Shown here: positions 16,989 to 25,791 of the stretch, in pieces
Numbering within the stretch: position 1 is the stretch's first letter
Layout: each line of letters opens with the position of its first letter
From: Candidatus Heimdallarchaeota archaeon
GTDB lineage: Archaea > Asgardarchaeota > Wukongarchaeia > Wukongarchaeales > JBHIFL01
Direction: 5' to 3'
DNA: 28,538 nucleotides
NCBI GenBank assembly: GCA_046761065.1
Contig: JBHIFL010000052.1
Span: forward strand, 1-28,538
The notes under the pieces: generated by a model
What the model was told of the DNA's origin: nothing
The model's database searches: none
The model's input: the letters and a program-made list of their open reading frames with translations, nothing else
Program-made: the position numbers and the translations under genes

Positions 16989-19088
16989 TTAGGTCACTTT
17001 TAAAGCTTTGTAATATGCTTTTAAGCCCTCAATAACCATGGTAGTTGTAATAAGGCACTTCGAGTCAAGGTAAAACCCAAATTCCGAGCGTGCTCCTGAT
17101 TGGAGGACTATTGTTTTTTCGATTCGCTTGATTGGTACTGAAAGCCATTGTCCATCCTTTTGTTGTTGCGAACGAAGATAGTTGAGAATTCGATCAATGC
17201 GGGAATAGTGTACATGACCTTGAGTAGCAAACCAACAACTCAACCAAAGCCCCAGAGCAAATGGCTCATTCGGAACTGCTTGGGTGTAGAGGTAATGATT
17301 AGTATCCTTTACAACGTTAATTGCCGATTGAACAATGGTGTTTGGCAGTCGAGTGGCTCGATTATCCATCGTTGCAAACCGGATAAATGCATTGAGCGAA
17401 TGGAGAGCCCTACAGGTAGCGAATAAATCATCCTTCCACCAAAATGAGTTCCAGCCACCCTTTCCTCGCTGTTGGGATAAAAGATGATCCACTGTATCAC
17501 AGATTATGTTTGTCTTTATAAGACCTGCTTCCAATTGAGTTAGCAAAACACCAGATGTGATTTCAACTGGTCCGATACCATGTTTGTGATCTAGATCTCC
17601 ATCAGAATAAGCGCCGTATCCACCGTTAGGAAGGCGATAGCGGAGTAAGGTTTCACAAGCATCTTCTGGCAAGGACGTATTCAATCGATGTAGTGCTAAA
17701 AGTGCCAAGGCAGTTGTTTCTGCGTCTGTGGGGAATTTTCTGTTGTATCCCCACCCTTTACCTGGCCGAAATCGTTTTTGGAGCCATTCTATTGAAGATG
17801 TCAGAAGGGGGTGGAGACTCGGTTCCTTTGACAGCATTGCAGTTACAAATGCAGTAACCCACTCATCCGACATCCCTTGCTGAAGAGAAAAATCAATCCA
17901 GTAGCCGTCTGTTTCTTTTGTTGCTAGTATGTAATCTATAGCGCGCGAGATCATTTCTTCGATGCATATTAAATGATTAGGAACTTGATTTCTTGTAATA
18001 ATCGTGTTACGAGCCTTAATCTTCTTGGGGGTGGTTCTTGGTAAATATTCCATTTGCTCCGCGGGATTCGTGATTACTCCTTCAAAGATCGGGCAAAAAT
18101 AAAAGCTAATGGATGGATGTGGTTCCCCAAGTCCGATTGCCATCCAAGTCGGGAATAGTGGAATCTTGTATTCAGAAAATATATTTAATATAGTATATAA
18201 CTGCCAAAGATTCAAGGAGAAGGTCTTCAACAAATAGAGAACCAGATCAAGAAAACCCTTTGGGTGAATCCAATCCCATGCATAACACGGGAAAAAGATT
18301 TTCATTGGTTGAGGTTCTGTGTGTTGGTCAAGACTTAGCTGCATTGCAATTGAATATGGAAATTGATATGCGTCACAATCTCTTTGGAAATGTTCAAAGA
18401 CTTTTCTTGCAGGTGCAAGATTTGGATGATTACCAGCAACCTCAGAAAATTGACTTTTTGAGTTTTTATAGTCAAGCCATCCCAATAACTTGGTTCTGGT
18501 CATTTCACCTGTTGCTGTAAATTCATACTCAAGAGCTTCAAGCTGGAAACTACTCGGTCCATCATCCTGATTCAAGAGCCTATCCACTGCGGAGGCATAA
18601 CTTGGAAATCGATCTTTAAACTCCGCATCAGATAACCAGCTTTTGAAGAAATAAAGTTCTGATATTTTTAACCCAAAACGCCCATACCCAATCCCCCCAT
18701 ACATTGGTGATCCAGTTAGGTCCGGAATTCCGTTTAAGTGTCTGGTACATAATCTCCATAATTGGGGATATTGGTCTGTATTGATACCAGTGATAATTTT
18801 TGCAAACTTCAAGGAATGGGTCCAATTACTCACCATACCTTGGGAATAATCAGCTATATCCACAATATACCGAAAAGAGTGGTTTTTATCACTTTTAATT
18901 CCAATAGAAAGTTCAACCGGAACTCCGTGGAGGGTTAGAGTTGATGGCCAATGAGAATGCTTGAAAAACAAATTAAGGGGGTCTGTTACCACAGATTCAA
19001 TTTCGTTAAACACTTCATCTGCATGTTCACGAATGCCAAGAGATACAATAGAGTCCACAATCGCCTGAGTAAGAATTTTCGAGTGCAT
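16989..19088 (-). CDS. Fusion of ABBA/DMATS-like prenyltransferase (N-terminal) and MstE-like class II terpene cyclase (C-terminal)
   Basis: N-terminal domain: WPSTLTLHGVPVELS...FRYIVD, RTK, PQPMKIFFP, SISFYF. C-terminal domain: GYWIDF...SDEWVTAFV, GWGYN..PTDAETT, QW-type repeats QQRGKGGW and QQQKDGQW. Confidence 0.75.
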   Translation of the reverse strand: MHSKILTQAIVDSIVSLGIREHADEVFNEIESVVTDPLNLFFKHSHWPSTLTLHGVPVELSIGIKSDKNHSFRYIVDIADYSQGMVSNWTHSLKFAKIITGINTDQYPQLWRLCTRHLNGIPDLTGSPMYGGIGYGRFGLKISELYFFKSWLSDAEFKDRFPSYASAVDRLLNQDDGPSSFQLEALEYEFTATGEMTRTKLLGWLDYKNSKSQFSEVAGNHPNLAPARKVFEHFQRDCDAYQFPYSIAMQLSLDQHTEPQPMKIFFPCYAWDWIHPKGFLDLVLYLLKTFSLNLWQLYTILNIFSEYKIPLFPTWMAIGLGEPHPSISFYFCPIFEGVITNPAEQMEYLPRTTPKKIKARNTIITRNQVPNHLICIEEMISRAIDYILATKETDGYWIDFSLQQGMSDEWVTAFVTAMLSKEPSLHPLLTSSIEWLQKRFRPGKGWGYNRKFPTDAETTALALLALHRLNTSLPEDACETLLRYRLPNGGYGAYSDGDLDHKHGIGPVEITSGVLLTQLEAGLIKTNIICDTVDHLLSQQRGKGGWNSFWWKDDLFATCRALHSLNAFIRFATMDNRATRLPNTIVQSAINVVKDTNHYLYTQAVPNEPFALGLWLSCWFATQGHVHYSRIDRILNYLRSQQQKDGQWLSVPIKRIEKTIVLQSGARSEFGFYLDSKCLITTTMVIEGLKAYYKALKVT

Positions 19089-19435
19089 TTGCTTCGCCTA
19101 GATTTCCTATGGCTTTTTTTCCTTCTATTGCTGTGAATTGAAAGGCATTGGGACAAATATGTTTTTACAATTGGATTAGAACCGGCTATTTATTTCACTA
19201 GTTATTTTATTGATATTACTGTCTTTGAATTATATTATCTCATTACTAAGCTATTGCAACAGTGTGTTCTATTGTCTACATGTTTCCATATAATAAAAAG
19301 ATTTGATCCCTCTTTGATGAGTAGGACAAAATTTCTTTTCCGATAGAACGCCTTATCCGTATTTGTATAAGGCTTGATTAAAATAACTCAATTTAACGCA
19401 AGGATTCGGTATTGAGAGACAGGAGATGGGAATGG

Positions 19436-19675
19436 TTAGGGGCTCCCCCACATTGGCTGGGGACCATGAGATCCTTGATGCCGTATATAATCGATGATAG
19501 CTTTTTGTACCGCTTTTTTGTTTGTAATCAATTTTAAATCAAAAAGGTAATCTAACACACCCTTGTATATGGTATCCCAATATTTTTTAGACACTACTTC
19601 AAGTTTATTCTCTTCCTTACTCATGATTTTCTTAAGTTTTATTTTACCAGGGTCTATTTCACTCATTTTTCTCAC
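19436..19675 (-). CDS. Small protein (76-79 aa); candidate precursor peptide for the downstream prenyltransferase-cyclase
   Basis: Clean ORF in AT-rich DNA; charged, helix-like body followed by the tail GSHGPQPMWGSP. The precursor role is inference. Confidence 0.6.
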   Translation of the reverse strand: MRKMSEIDPGKIKLKKIMSKEENKLEVVSKKYWDTIYKGVLDYLFDLKLITNKKAVQKAIIDYIRHQGSHGPQPMWGSP

Positions 19676-19904
19676 TCTCTTTATTTTTTGTTTTCTTAAT
19701 TGCTTTCAATGTTTATTATAACAAATTAAATTCTTGTTAAAAATGTTTTGGGCGTATAAATAATATAATCAATAATTCAATTGGAAACATTCTACTTTAA
19801 GTGATTAGTTAAATTAAAAACCCAAGGATTTTGGTTTCTAACTGTGGAAATACTTTTAATTCCCGTGAGGTAAATGGGAGACGCACAGAAACAAGGTAGG
19901 CGGT

Positions 19905-21794
19905 TCAATCAATAACACTTTCTGCTTGAAAAATTTCCAAGACCATCTGGTTCAATCCGGGTTCACCCACTACTCCAATATCCTCAATGGTTTTGAGTGT
20001 TGCATCAGACTTCATCATAGTTTTCAGAATTTCCCAAATACTTGGTGACGCCTGGACTTGTTCGATGAGCCGTTCTAATTTCTGAAGAGCTAAATATGAT
20101 TGCCCTTTAAAGATATAACAGAATAACAAGGACTCTAGCGCTTTTAGAACCACGGTATACTCTTGGTACGTGATCCGGTCGGTTTCCGCTCCAGCAAACA
20201 CTTCTTTGCCAAAGTTATTGATCGCAGTTAATAAGCCACCAATAAGTTGATCATCCAATTGCTGCCCCAAGGTAAATTTCTTGGAATAAATGCTGATTCC
20301 GCTTTCCGTCAAAATCAAAAGTAACAACGGTTCATCGGGTTGGAGTGGGGGAAGCTCAACGGCTCGTTGCTGCACCATCCGCGTGAGTTGTGATTCAACT
20401 CCAGATAATGCACCAGCGTCGGCTAGGGATGGTTCCCGATCTCGGAGAGCCTCCCACTGGTTTAATTGATCAAGTAACAAATCATGTTCATAGGAGATGC
20501 TCATGGCCAACTTCTGTAACCCTTTTTCTTCTGCGAGGACTTGGGCTTGCGATAATAAGTGACGAGCGTGAGGTATGTCCAGTTCGATGAGAGCCAGCTT
20601 CGCTTGTAGCAAGTAGGTTTCAGCAAGTAAAGAATATGAATATTGTGACTTTGCTAGGTCAAGGAGGCGGTTAGTAATGGTTTTGATTTCGTGTAAAATT
20701 TCAGGAGCTTCCGACGTTTTAAACTCGAAGAACAGTAATTCGCAGAGATTAAGACTCGCCAAGACAGTATAGTCGCGGGATATAATCTCATCTTTTGTGA
20801 TTTGCTGAAAAAGCTCTTGGGCCCTCATTTTATCCCGAGTTCGTGGACTCACCTTGAGAACCATGGCCTGAGTGAAGCGATACGCAAGATCCGTGACCTT
20901 ACTAGCTACATTTCCACGAAGTGTCTTTAGCCGGTGCAAATAGCGTCTTGCGAGCTCCATCTTGCCCTGCTCGAGGGAGATCCAAACCAAAAGACTAAGA
21001 TTAAAAGCGAAGAAAAAACCTCCAAAGAGAGTGATTCCTGCTTCCTCTAGAACCTTCAAACTCTCTAACCCGTATTGGAATGCCGCATCTAAATTACCTG
21101 AATGCAGATATAACCGGCCGATTAAAGTACGATTTAATCCAATTTGTAATTTAATTCCTTGTTCCTGAAAAATAGACAAACTTTTCTGCAAATACTCTAA
21201 GGAGGACTCCCATTCACCTTTCTGCAAATTAATAATCCCGAGATATTGGAAAGCTCGAGCTTCTACAAAAGTACCGGGAATTCTCACATGCTCACAGATC
21301 GACAAGCATTGTTGAAGGGTTTCTAAGGCATGTTCCAGCTCTCCTTTGTTCGTGTAAACTGCACCGAGCCAGGCGAGCGATTGGGCAACCCCGTAATGGG
21401 TTCCCAAATGCTCACGTAGCGTTAGACTTTGCTGTAAATATTCTAAGGCGCGTTCCATTTCTCCTATATTTGCGTAAGTTACCCCGAGACAATAGAGCGA
21501 CTGAGCGATTGCTTGAGGAGTGCCCAGCTGCTCACGTAGTGTCAGACTTTGCTGTAAATATTCTAAGGCGCGTTTATAATCTCCTTGATGCAAATAAGTA
21601 AAACCAATATAATAGAGGGAATTGGCAATCATGTGGGGCCGTTTTAGCTGCTTATGAAGCGTCAGACCTTGTTGTACGCACTCTAAGGCGCGTTCCATTT
21701 CCCCCATATATGAGTAAAGCCCACTTTCGAGCGCTAGTAACATTACCTTTCGTTCTGTGATATCTGAGGCCATAACATTTTGGATGGTATCCAA
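19905..21794 (-). CDS. TPR-repeat protein (40-aa repeats) with C-terminal longin-like domain; main part of a frameshifted gene
   Basis: Repeats of the form AQSLY.LG..Y...GE.ERALEYLQQSLTL. C-terminal LLLILTESGISIYSKKF...DDQLIGGLLTAINNFGKEVF...LLFCYIFKG. Confidence 0.85.
   Translation of the reverse strand: MDTIQNVMASDITERKVMLLALESGLYSYMGEMERALECVQQGLTLHKQLKRPHMIANSLYYIGFTYLHQGDYKRALEYLQQSLTLREQLGTPQAIAQSLYCLGVTYANIGEMERALEYLQQSLTLREHLGTHYGVAQSLAWLGAVYTNKGELEHALETLQQCLSICEHVRIPGTFVEARAFQYLGIINLQKGEWESSLEYLQKSLSIFQEQGIKLQIGLNRTLIGRLYLHSGNLDAAFQYGLESLKVLEEAGITLFGGFFFAFNLSLLVWISLEQGKMELARRYLHRLKTLRGNVASKVTDLAYRFTQAMVLKVSPRTRDKMRAQELFQQITKDEIISRDYTVLASLNLCELLFFEFKTSEAPEILHEIKTITNRLLDLAKSQYSYSLLAETYLLQAKLALIELDIPHARHLLSQAQVLAEEKGLQKLAMSISYEHDLLLDQLNQWEALRDREPSLADAGALSGVESQLTRMVQQRAVELPPLQPDEPLLLLILTESGISIYSKKFTLGQQLDDQLIGGLLTAINNFGKEVFAGAETDRITYQEYTVVLKALESLLFCYIFKGQSYLALQKLERLIEQVQASPSIWEILKTMMKSDATLKTIEDIGVVGEPGLNQMVLEIFQAESVID
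21294..21701 (-). repeat. 120-bp-period tandem repeats encoding TPR units
   Basis: TGCTCACGTAG-GT-AGACTTTGCTGTAAATATTCTAAGGCGCGTT at about 21409 and 21529; more diverged copies near 21290-21340 and 21650-21700. Confidence 0.8.
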
Positions 21795-21820
21795 TACGAC
21801 TTTTCCTTCGTTTATAAAAC

Positions 21821-22183
21821 TCAGCTGACCTCAAACATACCTCGCTCCAGCCAAGCTTCAGCCATAACGTTAAGCGCATCTACTTGGATTAATGGCTGCT
21901 CTAGGTTTTGACTTGCCATGATGACTTGATCTGCAATAGCTTGTGCCCTTATCACGTCTTGTTGAGCGAAAATACGACATTTGAGCAACTGTTCTTTCAA
22001 TCGTTTGGTCTCTGTTACATCTTCCTGGGTTCCTAGCCGGTCTAATTGTACTAGAGCTTCACTGAACTTTCCTTGCTGGAATAAGTGTTCTGCTTGCTGG
22101 AGTGGTTTGTTTTGGGTGGTGCGTTTAGAATCGCATTTATCCCCTTGTCGCACCACATTTAACCCCTTGGGGGATATCCCCAT
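21821..22183 (-). pseudogene. N-terminal fragment of the TPR gene, separated by a single-base frameshift
   Basis: TPR-like LQQAEHLFQQGKFSEAL...QVDALNVMAEAWLERG. Adding one base near 21824 joins it in frame to LSFINEGKVVLDTIQ of the downstream ORF. Confidence 0.75.
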
Positions 22184-22586
22184 AATCTCAGCAGAAACCT
22201 CCCTAACGGTATTCTGCGAATTCGATAAGTCGGAGAAACCTTCCTATTGTGGAAATATGAAGAACATTGTTAAAATGTTGATGGTTGATGTTATATAATT
22301 TATGGATTTCCTTGGATCTTAAAAAAGTAAATGTTGATACCCGTTTTGACATGATCTATCTCATCCCAGGTCGGATTTCAGAAGGAAGGTTTAACCCTAC
22401 CTCTTTATAAGTTGAGGAGTCTTCATGTTATAAGGTACCTCTGACTGTTAACTTACAAGGATAGCATTAAACGAAATTTAAGAGAATAAAAAGAGCACGA
22501 ACGTGCGGAGGTAGTTGTTGTATAAGCGACTAAAAAGTTATGTAGTAGAAGTAAAGCATCGATCCCACCAGAAGGAGACCAATTAA

Positions 22587-23756
22587 ATGACCACTTACAA
22601 AGAACAATTGCAAATATGCACGTTTACATTCCCACCCAGAATCGAATTTGGAATCGGAGCTGTAAAAAATCTTGGAAAATGGGTTAAGAACTTTCAATCA
22701 AAAACCCCTTTCATCATTACTGACGAAGGAATAGTTAAAGCAGGTATTCTCACAAAAATACAGAATTCCTTGGAAGACGCATCTCTTCAATACGAAGTAT
22801 ACGACAAGGTCCAACCAAACCCTCTCGATCAAAACGTCAACGAAGGAGCAACTCTCTATCGAAAAGGAACCTATGATCTCATCATTGGGCTCGGAGGAGG
22901 GAGTCCCATAGATGCCGCGAAGGGTATTCAAGTTTTGGCCACCGTCCCGGGACCTATTAACAAGTATTACATCGATAATAATCCTCCTGAAGTTATCCCT
23001 GCTGTCAAACTGATCGCAATCCCAACTACCGCAGGCACTGGAAGCGAAGTAGGGACCGGAGGCGTCATTACAGACTCACAAACAAATAGAAAACGATTTG
23101 TGCGGAGTGGTAGGCCGAATTTGGCACTCGTGGATCCGGAGCTCATGAAAACCATGCCGCCACCCGTTACGGCAGGTACTGGCATGGATGCACTTTCTCA
23201 CTGCATTGAAGCCTATGTTTCCATAAATTATAGCCCGATAGCCGACGGGATTGCCCTTAAAGGGATACAATTGATCGAGGAAAACCTGAGGTTGGCTGTG
23301 AAAGATGGAACCAACATGGAAGCTCGAACAAATATGGCAATGGCAGCCACGATGGGAGGATTGGCGATGAGTAAGGATTTGGGGGTGATCCACTCTGTTT
23401 CCCATCAACTATCTACTCAGAGGGACATTCCCCACGGAGTGGCAAATTCAATCATGTTGTCGCATGGAATGCGGTTCAATCTCGAAGTGGCAATGAGCAA
23501 ATATGCAGATATTAGTTATGCATTTGGTGTGGATATTTCTGGGATACCCATGGAAGAATCTGCAGTTGCAGCTATCAACGCCATTCGTCAGCTTTCACAG
23601 GACATAGGGTTGCCTCAGAAACTGAGTGAAGTTGGGGTGCAGCGAGAGGATATTCCACTCATGGCAAAAAACGCTATGCTCGATTTTGTCCATGCTACCA
23701 ATCCTCGGCGCTGTTCGGAAGAAGATATGATCTGGCTCTACGAGCAGGCCTATTAA
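22587..23756 (+). CDS. Iron-containing (group III) alcohol dehydrogenase
   Basis: GLGGGSPIDAAK, IPTTAGTGSE, DALSHCIEAY, HSVSH...PHG; AGGAG upstream of the start. Confidence 0.95.
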   Translation: MTTYKEQLQICTFTFPPRIEFGIGAVKNLGKWVKNFQSKTPFIITDEGIVKAGILTKIQNSLEDASLQYEVYDKVQPNPLDQNVNEGATLYRKGTYDLIIGLGGGSPIDAAKGIQVLATVPGPINKYYIDNNPPEVIPAVKLIAIPTTAGTGSEVGTGGVITDSQTNRKRFVRSGRPNLALVDPELMKTMPPPVTAGTGMDALSHCIEAYVSINYSPIADGIALKGIQLIEENLRLAVKDGTNMEARTNMAMAATMGGLAMSKDLGVIHSVSHQLSTQRDIPHGVANSIMLSHGMRFNLEVAMSKYADISYAFGVDISGIPMEESAVAAINAIRQLSQDIGLPQKLSEVGVQREDIPLMAKNAMLDFVHATNPRRCSEEDMIWLYEQAY

Positions 23757-23777
23757 TACGGTTTGGAAGTGCCTCTT

Positions 23778-24578
23778 ATGGTGAATGAGGATATTTCGTC
23801 TGATTATTATGACCGCAGAGCTATGCAGGCCTTGCAATTGTGGGTTATGTTTATTATAGTAAGTGTAATCAATAATGGTACTATCTTTTTCGCAATGGAG
23901 GTAGATCTGTGCGATTGAACTTATTCATCTATCAAGTTCCTCATTAGTGGGATAGTTATTTATGCTGGGCTTTTTCTTGTTGCTCCGTTGATCCTGATCA
24001 AAGGCTGGAAAGTAGTACGTCAACCCAACTTCATCCTCCCACTAATTATCGCAACTATCGCAATTACCTTCTGGCATAACCCCCGTGGGATTGCAGGTAT
24101 TTCTGTGGTGGTTTTAGCATATTTACACTGGCGTTACGATTTATCAGATTATTTGGGGATACACTCGAAAAGATGGCATAAGGCAGATATGGCTGCAATT
24201 CTGTTTGTGGGATTGTTGAGTTCAGTGCCAAGATTTCTTGATCCTAGCCCTTACTCATTATCGATTGATAGAGCTTTTGTAGCGGCTATAGATCGCTTAT
24301 TCGCGAACCCTGCATCAACAGTTGAGAATTTTTTCTACTTTGGGTTTCTTGCAGAGAGATTATCTCATAAGACTGGAAGGTGGTGGACTCCATTGATTAT
24401 CGGACTTATGTATACCGCCCACGAGATGAGCAATCCAGAATATTGGTATGAGGGGATGTCGTTTGTTCTTGTGTTTCTAGCGGTTGCAATTTTTACTGTA
24501 ATATATTTATGGCGTCGTAATGCGTTAGTGTTATGGTTAGGTAGTGGACTAGGCAGATTATTCAGCAATCTAATTTGA
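23778..24578 (+). pseudogene. CPBP/Abi (CAAX-protease-like) membrane protein with in-frame TGA at 23916
   Basis: The frame from ATG 23778 (MVNEDISSDYYDRRAMQALQLWVMFIIVSV...DLCD*TYSSIKF...) is continuous with the listed 23988-24578 ORF except for one TGA. Motifs STVENFFYFGFL and YTAHE are present; the last His motif is degenerate. Confidence 0.65.
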
Positions 24579-24766
24579 AAATAAATAGACAATAGAGATT
24601 CTTCCAATGGTACCTAATGGTCCAAGGGAGACGACTACGTTGGAATGTCTGGAGGGATTAAGGACTTAAATAGTCCCTATAACCATTCATGGGTAAAAAA
24701 TTCATTTAGAACTATGTTTGGAACAATATTTTTATTCCTCTAATAATACCCATTTCCTGATTCACA

Positions 24767-25744
24767 TTGGACGACGCGATATCTCTCTGTGGGTTTAATT
24801 GCGGTATCTGCCCCGCCTACAAGCCGAACCTCAAGTCTGATGAAGACCGAGTAAGGGTTGATGAAGGATGGAAAAAGTTCCATAGAACACGTGGGTGGAT
24901 ATACAAGAAGCCCTATTGTGAAGGATGTTTCAATATCCCGGAGAAAGCTCCCCTTTGGAGTAGCTGTCCGATCAGGAAATGCGTCTTGAACAACAACGTA
25001 GATAACTGCGGCTACTGTCATGACTATCCCTGCTCTCGTATCAACAATATGATCCACGTCACACAGCTGATTGCCAAAAGAACACGAGAAAACGGAACAC
25101 AGGAAGACTTCCAAAAGTTCGCATTACCTCACTTGAGTAAATCACGACTAGAGGAAGTCCACCAAAAAGTCTCTAAAATAATCCAAGGTACAGAGTTTCA
25201 ACCAGTAAATACTTCATATATAGGTTTCCCATCCAAATTGAACCTAAAAACACTTTCAGGAACACAACTCGAACAAGAGAAATTCACAGAGGCTCTACAA
25301 GACCTACATTCCACACTAGAAAGTATAATAACATTACATTGTAGAACACCTGGAGGACGAGAACAAGAACTGAAAAGAAACAAGGATAATGCAAAGTTCC
25401 TCTGGGTCATTGGAAGATATGGAATACTGCTGGGTAATGAGGATGAAATCTCAATTGAGATCACATTAGAAGAAATCAAAAAATATCTCAAATATGGAAA
25501 ATACAAAATTAATCGGAAACTTCCAGAATTAGTAAAACATGGAATAGATAGCGATTACTTAGATGATAAAATAAGAATCAGATTCACTGAACGACCAGAA
25601 ACTGCCATTGCACTCCTACTCTACACACAGCTACTTCTCGAGAACCACAGTGAAAGAGCTGCCTACTCAAAATTTTGGAAAGCAGACATGAGCGTTTTCA
25701 GTGAGCAACCAAATAAAATCAACCCGACCGAAACCTCCTTATAA
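24767..25744 (+). CDS. DUF3795-domain Cys-rich protein with long C-terminal extension
   Basis: CGFNCGICPAY, CEGC, CPIRKC, NCGYCHDYPC. Confidence 0.8.
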   Translation: MDDAISLCGFNCGICPAYKPNLKSDEDRVRVDEGWKKFHRTRGWIYKKPYCEGCFNIPEKAPLWSSCPIRKCVLNNNVDNCGYCHDYPCSRINNMIHVTQLIAKRTRENGTQEDFQKFALPHLSKSRLEEVHQKVSKIIQGTEFQPVNTSYIGFPSKLNLKTLSGTQLEQEKFTEALQDLHSTLESIITLHCRTPGGREQELKRNKDNAKFLWVIGRYGILLGNEDEISIEITLEEIKKYLKYGKYKINRKLPELVKHGIDSDYLDDKIRIRFTERPETAIALLLYTQLLLENHSERAAYSKFWKADMSVFSEQPNKINPTETSL

Positions 25745-25791
25745 GTTGAAGTTTCTTACAGCGCCAATCACATTTTTGGATAGATTTACCG

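Noticed and set aside
16989-17970. Squalene-hopene or oxidosqualene cyclase
   Set aside because: Only one helical barrel domain is present and there is no DxDD or DCTAE motif; the N-terminal half is not a cyclase gamma domain.
21294-21701. CRISPR array
   Set aside because: The period is 120 bp, the units are in frame and encode TPRs, and no cas genes are present.
23916-23918. Selenocysteine or genome-wide TGA recoding
   Set aside because: TGA serves as a normal stop elsewhere (nuoN, nuoM, nuoD), no SECIS was recognised, and this is not a known selenoprotein family.
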